From: Candidatus Woesearchaeota archaeon
GTDB taxonomy: Archaea > Nanobdellota > Nanobdellia > Woesearchaeales > JAZDKJ01
Length of the DNA: 64,000 nt
Assembly (NCBI GenBank): GCA_043803105.1
Contig: JAZDKJ010000006.1
Location: 256,001-320,000 of the forward strand
Direction: 5' to 3'
Within the stretch, counting starts at the first letter, position 1. The number at the start of each line of letters is the position of its first letter. Of this stretch, positions 1 to 9,077 are shown in pieces. Under the pieces are notes generated by a model, which saw only the letters and a program-made list of their open reading frames with translations, did no database searches and was not told the DNA's origin. Both the position numbers and the translations under genes were made by a program.

Positions 1-111
1 CTGGCACATCCGCATTGTTTCTTATTGACCAGCTTTTCCTGCTTATCTCCCTTGCAAGCTTCCAATCAGGCCTACTGCTCCAAAAGCCGAATCTCATGCT
101 GATTTTTCCAT
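1..111 (-). CDS. Hypothetical protein, 5' part (runs off the window)
   Basis: ATG at 111 opens MEKISMRFGFWSSRPDWKLAREISRKSWSIRNNADVP to the window edge; TTTAAA box just upstream. Confidence 0.45.
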
Positions 112-144
112 ATTGTGCATTATTTAAATCTTGCCAAATTTCTC

Positions 145-338
145 ATGTGTATTAATGTGTATTAATACAAACATGCTACGTATGTAAGTATATTTATCGA
201 TAAAATATACAATAAAACTTAATTATACACACAAATACATCCAAATTTATTGCATTACATCGAAAGATTTATAAGCAAATCGTGTGTATAAATAAATAAT
301 TACTCATATTTTGTTGCAAAAGTACATACAAATACACA
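145..338. promoter_or_regulatory. Promoter with multiple ATACAC/GTGTAT repeats (probable operators)
   Basis: Repeated tgtgtat/atacaca motifs around the TTTATAA box at ~268, upstream of an RHH-like gene. Confidence 0.5.
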
Positions 339-518
339 ATGCCAAGGCATCATTCAGACAAGGAGAGGTACAATTTTCTCATTGACAGGTCTGTCTACGA
401 TGATTTTTCCATGCTCTGCGAGGACCTTGGATTAGTGCGCTCAAAAAAGCTTGAGAACTATATGAAACAGTTTATTGAGGAGAATAAGCAGTTGTTGAAG
501 AAGCTTAAAGAAAAATGA
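339..518 (+). CDS. Small ribbon-helix-helix/CopG-like regulator (59 aa, not in ORF track)
   Basis: MPRHHSDKERYNFLIDRSVYDDFSMLCEDLGLVRSKKLENYMKQFIEEN...; ATGA overlap with the next ORF. Confidence 0.65.
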   Translation: MPRHHSDKERYNFLIDRSVYDDFSMLCEDLGLVRSKKLENYMKQFIEENKQLLKKLKEK

Positions 519-2518
519 ATCACAAACTTTCGCTCTCATTGATTGTTTGCTTAGCAATAATTCCCATTGCCTATGCAGCCTTCCCATATCCCTGGTCTTC
601 TAATTACTATAGTAGCTACCCTGGAACCTCTTACGGTTATTATCCAGGTACAGGCATTTATACTGCCTTTGGAGCTGTTGGCGAGCAGATTTTCGGAATC
701 CTTACCAATACATATTCTGTTTATGCAGTGACTTTTGTGTTGTTCTTTATCCTGCTGTATTCAATCTTCTGTGTAGGTATCACCAAGGTCAAAGTTTTTT
801 CTTCTGAAGGGAAGATTAGCAGGCAAGGTAAGATGGCAGCAATCGCCTTTGCAATGCTCGGTGACATGGGCATTTTCTACTATGTATATAACAGCTATGA
901 TGCTGTGCAAAGGATTCTTGGCACAATGGGCTGGTTTGGTAGTCTTGCCTTTGCTGGAATGGTTTTTGCTATTACCTATTATAATCTTAAGACCAATGAC
1001 ACTGGCAAGGTGCATAAGGGCCCTGCATGGTTTGCTGCTGGCCTGGCTTTGCTTGTTTACGGCATGTTCACCAATAGTCCTGGTGCAGCTACGTGGGGCA
1101 CAATAATCCTCATAGTTACCGCAATCTGGGCTGGCATTAGCAGCTTTGGCGGTGGCGGGCAAAGAGGTGAGAACGAGCGTTTGCGCGACTTGAGGGAGCG
1201 CGACCATGAAGAGCGCGAGCGTGCAGGGCGAAGGACTGCTGAAGAGCGTGCTCTGACGCCAAGCAGGGTTACCGGGCTCCAAGGTAACTTGCAAGGAGCT
1301 CCCCCGCAAGTACAACTTACTTGGACTGCTAATCCTGATGGCGAGAATATTTCGCATTATGAAATCCGCAGGAGGACTGCCAGTAATGCCACCGGTTCTT
1401 GGCTTAGGAGAGGCTTAGGCTCATTGGGAAGAACCTTTGTCTGGGGTGGATGGACCACACTTCCGTCCGTTACAACTACAAACTACAATGACACATCAGT
1501 TTCCCCGGCCTATACTTATGAGTATTGCGTCCGTGCAGTCAACACCTCAGGCAGGCATGGACCATGGAGCTTCAATTGGCCTACCACAGCAGTTGCTGCG
1601 GCCGCGGGACCAGGGAGGATTCGAGGTCATGTTGTCTTCCATGATGGCCGGCAGCCTGTTCCGAGGAATCTCACCAATATCAACATTACAGTCCTTGGCC
1701 ATACCACTCCTGTCAATAATCAGGGCCGTTTTGACATACAAAATCTTGGTGCAGCTGTTGCCTACAATGTAGTCATAACTGACCCTACCAATACTTACAC
1801 TCAAAGGACTATCCAGAACGTGCCTCCTGGTATGGATGCAGACTTTGGCGATATTGTGCTTCAACCAAGGCCTGGTGCCATGGCGCAACTTATTGTTGTT
1901 ATTCAAAATGCTGCCGGTGCTCCATATAATCCTCCTGTCACGATCGCTGCTCTCGGCGCCTTGGGAGCCCCCCAGGTATTTCCCGTTGCTGTTGGTTCAC
2001 CGATGCATTTGGGTGCCGGCAGGTATTCGTTTCCTGTTAGGGCAGGCTTTTTTTATAGTGCCTGGGCTACAGACCTTGCCACAGGTGCAGACTCCGGTCA
2101 TGACAGGACCAATGGTATCCTTCTCAGAATGCCTCAAGCTCAGATTCCTAATCCGCTCCAGATGGCAGTTCCTGGAGGGCTGGCCGTGGTCAATGGGACT
2201 GTCCAGTCTAGCGCCTTTCCAAATGCTCATGTCGGCAATGGTGGTGTGGTCACAATTGGGGCCAGTCCACCAGTTAGAACTAATGCTATGGGACAATATG
2301 CAACAGGCCCAGTAAACATAGGCCCTAACAGAGTTCAAGTGCATAATCTTTTCGGTCTCTACCAAGACTATGACACCGCCCCAAATCCGGGCATCGTGAC
2401 TGTGGCAGGGCCAAATCCCTTCCCTATTTTTGTTAATCCAATGGTGCAGGTGCCAGGTCCAGTTAACGCTACCATAACAGGTCCTGGAGTTGCAGCCTAT
2501 AACTTGATATTTCCATGA
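515..2518 (+). CDS. Multi-pass membrane protein with FN3 and carboxypeptidase-regulatory-like beta-sandwich domains
   Basis: Signal peptide, ~5 TM helices, charged linker, FN3 motif (LTWTANP..YEIRR..YTYEYCVRAVN), Pro/Gly/Val-rich beta domains. Confidence 0.75.
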   Translation: MNHKLSLSLIVCLAIIPIAYAAFPYPWSSNYYSSYPGTSYGYYPGTGIYTAFGAVGEQIFGILTNTYSVYAVTFVLFFILLYSIFCVGITKVKVFSSEGKISRQGKMAAIAFAMLGDMGIFYYVYNSYDAVQRILGTMGWFGSLAFAGMVFAITYYNLKTNDTGKVHKGPAWFAAGLALLVYGMFTNSPGAATWGTIILIVTAIWAGISSFGGGGQRGENERLRDLRERDHEERERAGRRTAEERALTPSRVTGLQGNLQGAPPQVQLTWTANPDGENISHYEIRRRTASNATGSWLRRGLGSLGRTFVWGGWTTLPSVTTTNYNDTSVSPAYTYEYCVRAVNTSGRHGPWSFNWPTTAVAAAAGPGRIRGHVVFHDGRQPVPRNLTNINITVLGHTTPVNNQGRFDIQNLGAAVAYNVVITDPTNTYTQRTIQNVPPGMDADFGDIVLQPRPGAMAQLIVVIQNAAGAPYNPPVTIAALGALGAPQVFPVAVGSPMHLGAGRYSFPVRAGFFYSAWATDLATGADSGHDRTNGILLRMPQAQIPNPLQMAVPGGLAVVNGTVQSSAFPNAHVGNGGVVTIGASPPVRTNAMGQYATGPVNIGPNRVQVHNLFGLYQDYDTAPNPGIVTVAGPNPFPIFVNPMVQVPGPVNATITGPGVAAYNLIFP

Positions 2519-3966
2519 CAACAGAAAAAGAACAAGCAATCGTTGAAGAGCTGAAAGATAAATTGTCCCAGGAGCTCGAAGAACAAAGACAGGAACTAGA
2601 GGAAAATCTTTCCAAGCTTGCTTCTGAATTTGAGCAATCCAAAAAGGCCATGTTTGAGGAAGAGCAGTCAAAGCTCAAGCATTCTCTCAAAATGCAAAAG
2701 AAGTATTCTTCAGCCAAGGATTTTAATGCTGAGCATCCTGAACTTGTTGGAAAGCAATTAATCGCCCATTTTGTCTTGCTGTTGCCAGGAGAATTGAAAC
2801 CATTTATCGCTCCAGAACAAAATACCCCCATTAGCAAGCTTGCAGGCAGGTTAGTTCACGTTGAGCCGATATCCTCACAGGAAAAGGTTCATTTGGAGTT
2901 GGATATCAAGCAACAGAAAATTGTGGACTGGATCAAAGACAGGATGGTTTCCGTCTTGAAAACAAATCAGTGTTTCATAGGTTTATTCTTGACTCCTGGA
3001 GGGGTCAGTATGCAGGATTCGAACTTTACAGCCAAAATACAGCTCACAAGTCAGTTGTTGTGGCCAGAATGCGATGAGGAAGAACTGCCGCTGTGCAACT
3101 TGAACCCGGACAGAAGCCTGTCCTTGTCAGTCAAAGGCAGAAAGCCTGAAGAGGGGAAAGACAAGCCAAAAGAGGAGCGGGAGGAACTTCTCGAGCTTCA
3201 GGAAGAAATAAAGGATGATATCCAAAAAATATCAGAAGATGAAAAAGAAATCAAAAAAGAGCATGAAAAAGTCAAGGTAACCATTGATAATGAAATACCT
3301 TACAAGGATAAGATTATGAGAGACCTTCAAGCTATGAAAAAGATTTTGGAGGATGCAAAGGCTCAGGGCGGAATCTTCAGGGAAAAAGAAGCAGCTAGGA
3401 TAGTAACTGACAGATTAAACAAACTTAATGGGGAGATTCAGAAGCTTAATAATAAGTTCTTGCCGTGGCTAATAAAAGCAGTCAATGAGGTTGAAGAAAA
3501 TTTAATCTTTAAAGAAGACCAGCATGCAGAACTTTTGGCAAGAAGAATACAGGAACATTTCAATCTTCCCAAATTTGTTGAGAATGATTCAAACGCACCT
3601 AGGATGTACCAGAATTGCCTGCAGTATGCTGAACAGCTAAAAAAATTGATAGCGAATCGCAATAACTCAATAAGAATCATTAAGCAGAGATATATACCCT
3701 ACATCGAAAACAAATATAATAAAAGAAAAATCGAACAGGGCTTTATTAAGGGACTGATCACAGACCTAGAAAAAAATAAACTGGACACAGCCATAAACAA
3801 GATTACACAGCTTTTCAATGATTTTCATATGGTGCATGTGCACATAGATAGTATTAAGACTCATCTTAAACAAGTGGATGTATACACTGCACAAATTGAC
3901 ACACCAAAAATACTAGGTGATATCTTAAGGTATGTGACCGAAACTCAACCATCATTGAAACAGTAA
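2515..3966 (+). CDS. Coiled-coil hypothetical protein
   Basis: 483 aa E/K-rich helical ORF, ATGA-coupled to the previous gene. Confidence 0.75.
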   Translation: MTTEKEQAIVEELKDKLSQELEEQRQELEENLSKLASEFEQSKKAMFEEEQSKLKHSLKMQKKYSSAKDFNAEHPELVGKQLIAHFVLLLPGELKPFIAPEQNTPISKLAGRLVHVEPISSQEKVHLELDIKQQKIVDWIKDRMVSVLKTNQCFIGLFLTPGGVSMQDSNFTAKIQLTSQLLWPECDEEELPLCNLNPDRSLSLSVKGRKPEEGKDKPKEEREELLELQEEIKDDIQKISEDEKEIKKEHEKVKVTIDNEIPYKDKIMRDLQAMKKILEDAKAQGGIFREKEAARIVTDRLNKLNGEIQKLNNKFLPWLIKAVNEVEENLIFKEDQHAELLARRIQEHFNLPKFVENDSNAPRMYQNCLQYAEQLKKLIANRNNSIRIIKQRYIPYIENKYNKRKIEQGFIKGLITDLEKNKLDTAINKITQLFNDFHMVHVHIDSIKTHLKQVDVYTAQIDTPKILGDILRYVTETQPSLKQ

Positions 3967-3970
3967 AAAG

Positions 3971-4963
3971 ATGAAGCATCAAAAAACATTAGATAAACAA
4001 GAACCCGGCTCAGTAACCATCCAGCTCAAGGAGCTGGACAACAACGAGCCATTGCAGGGTGTTGAGGTCACAATAATCATTGGTCCTAATAGCTCTAAGC
4101 AGCGTTTCACTGATGATAGCGGTGTAGCTATGTTCTCCAATCTTCCATCTGGAAAGCTCGAGCTTAGCATTTCAGATTCAAACTTTATCTTTGACCACAT
4201 GCAGTTTAGGGGGAAGAGCCATAAGGACACAAAGTTCACTTTGCAGCCTAATGAGAGCCTTAACATTCTTGTTTACATGAAGACAATCGTTATGCAGGAA
4301 GGCTTGGACGAGCTTCTTGCTTCAGAGGGCTCCTCAGGGCATGCAGAGCCAACAAGCGACACCGTATGGAGCTTTAGCCGTATGGTCTCAGGAAATGATG
4401 ATGCAAGAAAGTCTATTGCCCTTGCCTGCCTTTCAGACATAAATAGTGAGCTAAAACAGTTATTGGCAGAGCCCACAAACCTAAAGCAGAAATTCAGCGA
4501 GACTGAGGCTTCGCTAACTTTCAAGGGTCATAAAGACCATAAGGAGATGGCGATAAGGATTCAGGAGCACCTGGGATTGCCAAAGTGGGAGCATGAGCAT
4601 CCAAAAGCGCCAGCAATATGGGAGCTTTGCCTTAATGTTGCAAGAAAACTGCACCCCCTTGTGGTTGAGCGCGATAATCTTCGCCAGGTTGTGAGGACAA
4701 ACATCGAGAAGATGGAAGAATACGCTCAGCTTATTTCTAGCCAACAGCAAGTTGCAAAAGTCTTGGACGAGCTCGAAAATTCAAGGACTGATAAGGCCTT
4801 GAATAGGCTTAGCCAATTGTCCGGACAGCTAAAGACTTTCAAGCTGATTGTTTCATCAACTAAGGCCAAAATTTATGCGATTGGTGAATACACAAATCTT
4901 ATTGACAGTAAGCAAAGGATTGCTTGGATTAAAGATAACGTAAGAAAACCTTTAGAGGTGTGA
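3971..4963 (+). CDS. Hypothetical protein: N-terminal carboxypeptidase-regulatory-like domain plus helical domain paralogous to upstream ORF
   Basis: PLQGVEVTI..FTDDSGVAMFSNLPSG motif; RIQEHxxLPK motif shared with 2515..3966. Confidence 0.75.
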   Translation: MKHQKTLDKQEPGSVTIQLKELDNNEPLQGVEVTIIIGPNSSKQRFTDDSGVAMFSNLPSGKLELSISDSNFIFDHMQFRGKSHKDTKFTLQPNESLNILVYMKTIVMQEGLDELLASEGSSGHAEPTSDTVWSFSRMVSGNDDARKSIALACLSDINSELKQLLAEPTNLKQKFSETEASLTFKGHKDHKEMAIRIQEHLGLPKWEHEHPKAPAIWELCLNVARKLHPLVVERDNLRQVVRTNIEKMEEYAQLISSQQQVAKVLDELENSRTDKALNRLSQLSGQLKTFKLIVSSTKAKIYAIGEYTNLIDSKQRIAWIKDNVRKPLEV

Positions 4964-5994
4964 ATATGCCTGGAGAAAACAAGATAATCTGTGGTTCAAG
5001 ATCGTTCTACAGGGTAAAGTTCCTGGCCAATTTTCTTCCCAGGATAATGTCTCTAGTGACGCAGGATGAGAGGGTGCAGGTAGACGAATTGATTAAGAGG
5101 ATTATGCAGGTTGAGGGAGAACTGCACGAGGAATTGCATGGGGGCATCAAGATAGGTGCCGCAGACAAGGTTGTCAGTGTTGAGAAACATCTCGTAAAAT
5201 TGTATAAGAAAGAGATTGAACAGCTTTATATCATTGACGAGGACAGCCTGAAGGTTGAAGGCGAAGAAATAAACCATCTGAACTTGATTGGCAAATCATT
5301 GGATTCTGTGATGCAAAAGCTAAAAGACCCTGCCAAGCTCAGAGGTTGCAGGCATGCGCTCTATGACTTTAATAAAGAGCAGGTTAGGCTTAACATGATA
5401 ATTGGCTCAATGGGGGACAGCCAGAAGACTATGTGGGTCAGGCAGGGAAACCTTGTCCAGAAGTCCATAAAGAACTTCAGTGTTGCGACAGCTACTGATA
5501 AGGTCAGGGGGCTCGGAACCCAAATGGTCTTGTTTGGCAGGCAGATAAGGAAGCAGACACCAGTCTTCACGCAGGCAGCGCGAGAGATAGAGCACTTTGA
5601 TAAAGAGCTTGAAGCATCTCTTGACAATCCAGAAAAGGTGAAAGATATTCTAGGAAGTATTACTAAATCAATGTCAAAGTTTGAGGAATTCCTTAATGAT
5701 CTTTTCAATGCGACAATAGGAATGAGAATAGCTACTCTCTATCTCTTGATGATTGTATTGCAGCACGAGGAAGAGGACGTAAAGGCGCTTGATGCCCTCT
5801 TAGGAACAGGTTTTTCCAAGGCAAAACATGATGCCATAATTGTAGAATACAACAAATTGGACAAAGAGGAAAAGAGTATTGAGCAGAAAGAGATGTGGCT
5901 TGAGGAGGAGGCCTACCGCCTGGTTCAGGACATCCTTGCATTGGAACAGCGATTGCTCGAGGACGAAGAAATTGACCTTAAGCTGGCCACCTAA
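4960..5994 (+). CDS. Coiled-coil hypothetical protein
   Basis: Long helical ORF in the same operon; true start may be downstream. Confidence 0.7.
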   Translation: MNMPGENKIICGSRSFYRVKFLANFLPRIMSLVTQDERVQVDELIKRIMQVEGELHEELHGGIKIGAADKVVSVEKHLVKLYKKEIEQLYIIDEDSLKVEGEEINHLNLIGKSLDSVMQKLKDPAKLRGCRHALYDFNKEQVRLNMIIGSMGDSQKTMWVRQGNLVQKSIKNFSVATATDKVRGLGTQMVLFGRQIRKQTPVFTQAAREIEHFDKELEASLDNPEKVKDILGSITKSMSKFEEFLNDLFNATIGMRIATLYLLMIVLQHEEEDVKALDALLGTGFSKAKHDAIIVEYNKLDKEEKSIEQKEMWLEEEAYRLVQDILALEQRLLEDEEIDLKLAT

Positions 5995-6251
5995 ACAATC
6001 TCAACCTTCTGGCCTACTGATTGGCCAGGCATTCCCTTTTCGAATAGAACCCTTACAGCGCCCTTGTTTCCGTGCGCTGACCTTATTTCTCCCTTTATCT
6101 CCTTCTGCGCAGGGCTTTTCCAGACAACATGCTTGCCCACAAGTTTTCCTGCCTTGTCTCTTGAGTCTATTTTCTCAACTATGACTATCATCTGGTTGTT
6201 TGTCTGCACATGCCTTCCGCGCTTGAAGTTTGCTATGACTCCTTTCATCAT
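5991..6251 (-). CDS. rpl35ae: 50S ribosomal protein L35Ae
   Basis: GEIRSAHGNKGAVRVLFEKGMPGQ signature. Confidence 0.93.
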   Translation of the reverse strand: MMKGVIANFKRGRHVQTNNQMIVIVEKIDSRDKAGKLVGKHVVWKSPAQKEIKGEIRSAHGNKGAVRVLFEKGMPGQSVGQKVEIV

Positions 6252-6390
6252 TCACCAAAAACTTGGGGTGCTTTAAAAAGGTTTCGTCTTCTCCTCGATG
6301 GATTTCACCTTATCGAGCCCAACATAGCCTGCAGTGATTGCATTTGAAAGTCATTTAGTGCCCATAACTATTTCCTCATTAAAAGTTTTG

Positions 6391-7587
6391 CTAGAAGTAG
6401 CTGATGATCACAGGCAAAAGCAAACAACCCATTGATTGTGTTCTTGAGACCTTGGTAATTGCAGGTATTATGCCGATTGATGTGCTGATGACCAGAACGA
6501 GCACTCCAATCCAGCCTGTAACAAATGCAACAAGCATTGTTACGAAGCAGATTATACCTAACAGCAATTTCCTGTAGTTCACTTTGCCGATTATTCTGGA
6601 AAACATTTTTCCTATTTCTAAAGCCAAGACAACAGAAATCCCTGCAGAAATTAACATGGTTGCTATGCCTGCAAGCAAAGTTGTCGCATTGATAGTGGGC
6701 ATCAACTTCTGTATTGCAACAATGCTTCCGTTCCTGGCTTTGCCTACGGCAATTAGAGTGGCCATCGAAATCACAAAGTTTGCTGTCCCAATGCATCCTA
6801 TGAGCATCATGAATCCTTCTTCCTTTAGCTTTCTTATGGCCTGCATTGACATTATTGCGGCTATTGACGAGCTCAAACCAGGGAATACTGCAGTGACAAA
6901 GCCTGACAATTGCCCGGAGACGAGTGCTTTAATCGTTGTTGCTTTGTCAATTCTTACCTCTTGCTGAATCTTCTGTGGAGCTATGCTTTGTGTTTTGTTC
7001 AAGGAAATTATCAAGGTCGAAATCCCAAACATTCCGGATAGCATTGGCAGCAATGGGTTCTCCAAATTTGGCATATTTAGTGCAATCAAGCCTAAAAGCC
7101 CCGCAACACAAAATACAAACAAAGCCCATGTTCTCCTTTTTTCTGTAAGTATCATTATCGCAGCAACCCCAATCAGGACAAATCCAATATATGGCTGAAT
7201 GAAAACATATCCCTTGATAACAATCAGAAGCAATGGGAACAGCATTATGGAAATTATGATTGCCCCTAGGCTGCCCAACACAGACAATTTGAGTGCAACC
7301 ATCCCTTCTCCTCTTAGTAGGAACCTGTGTCCAGGCAAAACGCCGAGAGCAGTTGCCTCTTGCGGAGCTCCAAGAAATATTGATGGGATCATGTCGAGGA
7401 ATGTGTGCGTGACTGACAGAGCAATCAGGAAGATAACGACAAACAACGAATTTACATGCTGCAGTATCAAGGCAGAATAAGAAATGATCATTGCAGCAAC
7501 AAGATTGATATGCAATCCTGGGGTAAGGCCTGTGATAACTCCACAAGCTATTCCAACTCCGATTGCAACCAATATTTCTACAAGCAT
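6391..7587 (-). CDS. Tripartite tricarboxylate transporter TctA-family permease
   Basis: GLTPGLHIN..IPSIFLGAP..GVLPGH motifs, multi-TM; start moved to MLVEIL because the longer ORF overlaps a tRNA. Confidence 0.85.
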   Translation of the reverse strand: MLVEILVAIGVGIACGVITGLTPGLHINLVAAMIISYSALILQHVNSLFVVIFLIALSVTHTFLDMIPSIFLGAPQEATALGVLPGHRFLLRGEGMVALKLSVLGSLGAIIISIMLFPLLLIVIKGYVFIQPYIGFVLIGVAAIMILTEKRRTWALFVFCVAGLLGLIALNMPNLENPLLPMLSGMFGISTLIISLNKTQSIAPQKIQQEVRIDKATTIKALVSGQLSGFVTAVFPGLSSSIAAIMSMQAIRKLKEEGFMMLIGCIGTANFVISMATLIAVGKARNGSIVAIQKLMPTINATTLLAGIATMLISAGISVVLALEIGKMFSRIIGKVNYRKLLLGIICFVTMLVAFVTGWIGVLVLVISTSIGIIPAITKVSRTQSMGCLLLPVIISYF

Positions 7588-7593
7588 TTTGTG

Positions 7594-7761
7594 CGGCGTG
7601 GGCGGGACTTTCCAAGCTGATGCGAGCTTTTTTGAACTGTCAGAAATCGTAACGCGATTTCTGAGCATGCTCAAAAATCTATGATTTTTGACACCGCATG
7701 AGAATTGGGAGTCTCACCAGAGCATCAGTCTGGCGCAATGACCAGATTATGCGACCACGCC
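7594..7761 (-). tRNA. Ser-type (class II) tRNA body with GAT (Ile) anticodon; T-stem insertion and 59/60 intron
   Basis: Acceptor GGCGTGG/CCACGCC, G73, anticodon arm CCAGA-CTGATGC-TCTGG, long V-arm TGAGACTCCCAATTCTCA; T arm GCGGG-TTCAAAT-CCCGC after removing 7638-7693 and 7608-7630. Confidence 0.8.
7638..7693. repeat. TG..CA double-hairpin element (copy 1) in tRNA T-stem
   Basis: TGTCAGAAATCG-taacg-CGATTTCTGA GCATGC TCAAAAATC-tat-GATTTTTGACA. Confidence 0.8.
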
Positions 7762-7804
7762 TTTGCACAATGGTAAATTTTATATAGGTGTCCCATCTTC
7801 TTCT

Positions 7805-7856
7805 GATTGGATGGACATCTCACCGGAGCTTTTTGCGGCCGGCTTTCTTCTTTTTT
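7805..7856 (+). ncRNA. Putative small antisense RNA to the divergent tRNA(GAT)
   Basis: TTTTATATA at 7778-7786; TCTCACCGGAGC (7818-7829) and TGCGGCC (7834-7840) complementary to the tRNA (G:U allowed); T-rich terminator. Confidence 0.5.
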
Positions 7857-8119
7857 CTGAGGACTCAGTTGTTAATAAGCATTAACCATAACTTTTCGGC
7901 AAACTTGCGGTATTTTAGGACATTCATCACTTTGCCATTCTGCGGAAGAACTTCATAAGCTGCAACTCAACCAAGAATAACATGCCGAAAATCACAACTA
8001 TTGTTCCTGTTATGGAGTATGCACGGCAGAACATGAAAACAGAGCTGACCTAAGCGAGGTCTTGGCTCCTGCAAAGGGTTTGGGGGATATTTGAGGCAGT
8101 GATAGACCTTCTTGAAGCA

Positions 8120-8458
8120 TTATCTCTTAACTTGTATTTCCTCCGCCTCAATCTCCACTCTTCCATTGTACTCCTTTAACTGCCCCCTCACAACAATCCT
8201 GTCTCCTCTTTCAAGTTTTGTTTTGTCAAATGTAATCACTTGCATCGATGTTGAATAACCAACCTCTAAAATCATCAAATTGCCTTTGTCCGTGACCTTC
8301 TGCACAACACCTTCTATCTGCACTTCCTTCTCCTGCATCAGGCTTATCTTCTCTATCGGGGTGGTCTCGAGTTTTATACTTCTGCTCACAACAAACAGTA
8401 TGATTAGGCCCAGCAAACAACAAGTTACTGCAAGCCTGAGTATTGTATTATCACGCAT
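8120..8458 (-). CDS. Membrane-anchored OB-fold nucleic-acid-binding protein
   Basis: N-terminal TM helix, then VQIEGVV..GDRIVVRGQLKEYNGRVEI OB pattern. Confidence 0.75.
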   Translation of the reverse strand: MRDNTILRLAVTCCLLGLIILFVVSRSIKLETTPIEKISLMQEKEVQIEGVVQKVTDKGNLMILEVGYSTSMQVITFDKTKLERGDRIVVRGQLKEYNGRVEIEAEEIQVKR

Positions 8459-8553
8459 TACAAGTCTTTTGCCTAAACATAATAATAAAGAAAACCCTTA
8501 TTTAACCGTGCATTTTTCGGAAATCTTAAATATCTTCAGAATAAATATAGCCT

Positions 8554-8883
8554 ATGAATAAATCCTTTAGCTGTAAGCGCTGCGGCGAATGTTGCAGGCA
8601 CTATGTTCTTCTGACTAAGGATGACTTGAAAATCCTGCGGAATGCAGGTTATTCTGATGCTATAACACCATCACGCTTTGACCAGAGAAAAAGATGTCTC
8701 AAGTTGGCAGGTAATGACTGTATTTTCCTTGGTTATGATAAAAAGAATACGTTCTGCAAGGTCTATTCCCTTAGGCCAGAGGTATGCAGAATATACCCTT
8801 TCTTCAACAGGAGCATTAAGGCTTGCCCTACCAGTCAATCTGGCTCAATTGCTCATCAATGTTCTGCAAGCCAGGGTCGTTGA
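8554..8883 (+). CDS. YkgJ-family cysteine-cluster protein (CxxCxxCC)
   Basis: FSCKRCGECC..CIFL..CKVYSLRPEVCRIYPF. Confidence 0.85.
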   Translation: MNKSFSCKRCGECCRHYVLLTKDDLKILRNAGYSDAITPSRFDQRKRCLKLAGNDCIFLGYDKKNTFCKVYSLRPEVCRIYPFFNRSIKACPTSQSGSIAHQCSASQGR

Positions 8884-9076
8884 GCCCTGTTTCGTTCATC
8901 TCTGCTATGCTCGCGCCCAAAGGGCTTGACTCTGTGGGCTGTGGTTCTGGGGTGCCAGTCAATGGATTTTCAACAGGTCTTGGCTCGCTCTGCGACCGCC
9001 ATACCTCTTGCTTGCATCCTGCTAGAGCTGCACTGAGCAAAACAATGACAACTATTGTTGCTGTTATTGCCCTCAT
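8828..9076 (-). CDS. Small putative lipoprotein
   Basis: Hydrophobic signal ending in LAGC. Confidence 0.6.
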   Translation of the reverse strand: MRAITATIVVIVLLSAALAGCKQEVWRSQSEPRPVENPLTGTPEPQPTESSPLGASIAEMNETGLNDPGLQNIDEQLSQIDW

Positions 9077-9077
9077 T

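Noticed and set aside
7588-7674. N-terminal ORF extensions of the TctA-like gene (also Fic 34489-34620 and phosphoesterase 60515-60592)
   Set aside because: They overlap tRNA genes; downstream ATGs fit the family starts better.
7594-7761. tRNA-Sec or tRNA-Pyl
   Set aside because: Anticodon is not TCA or CTA, and the acceptor stem is a standard 7 bp.
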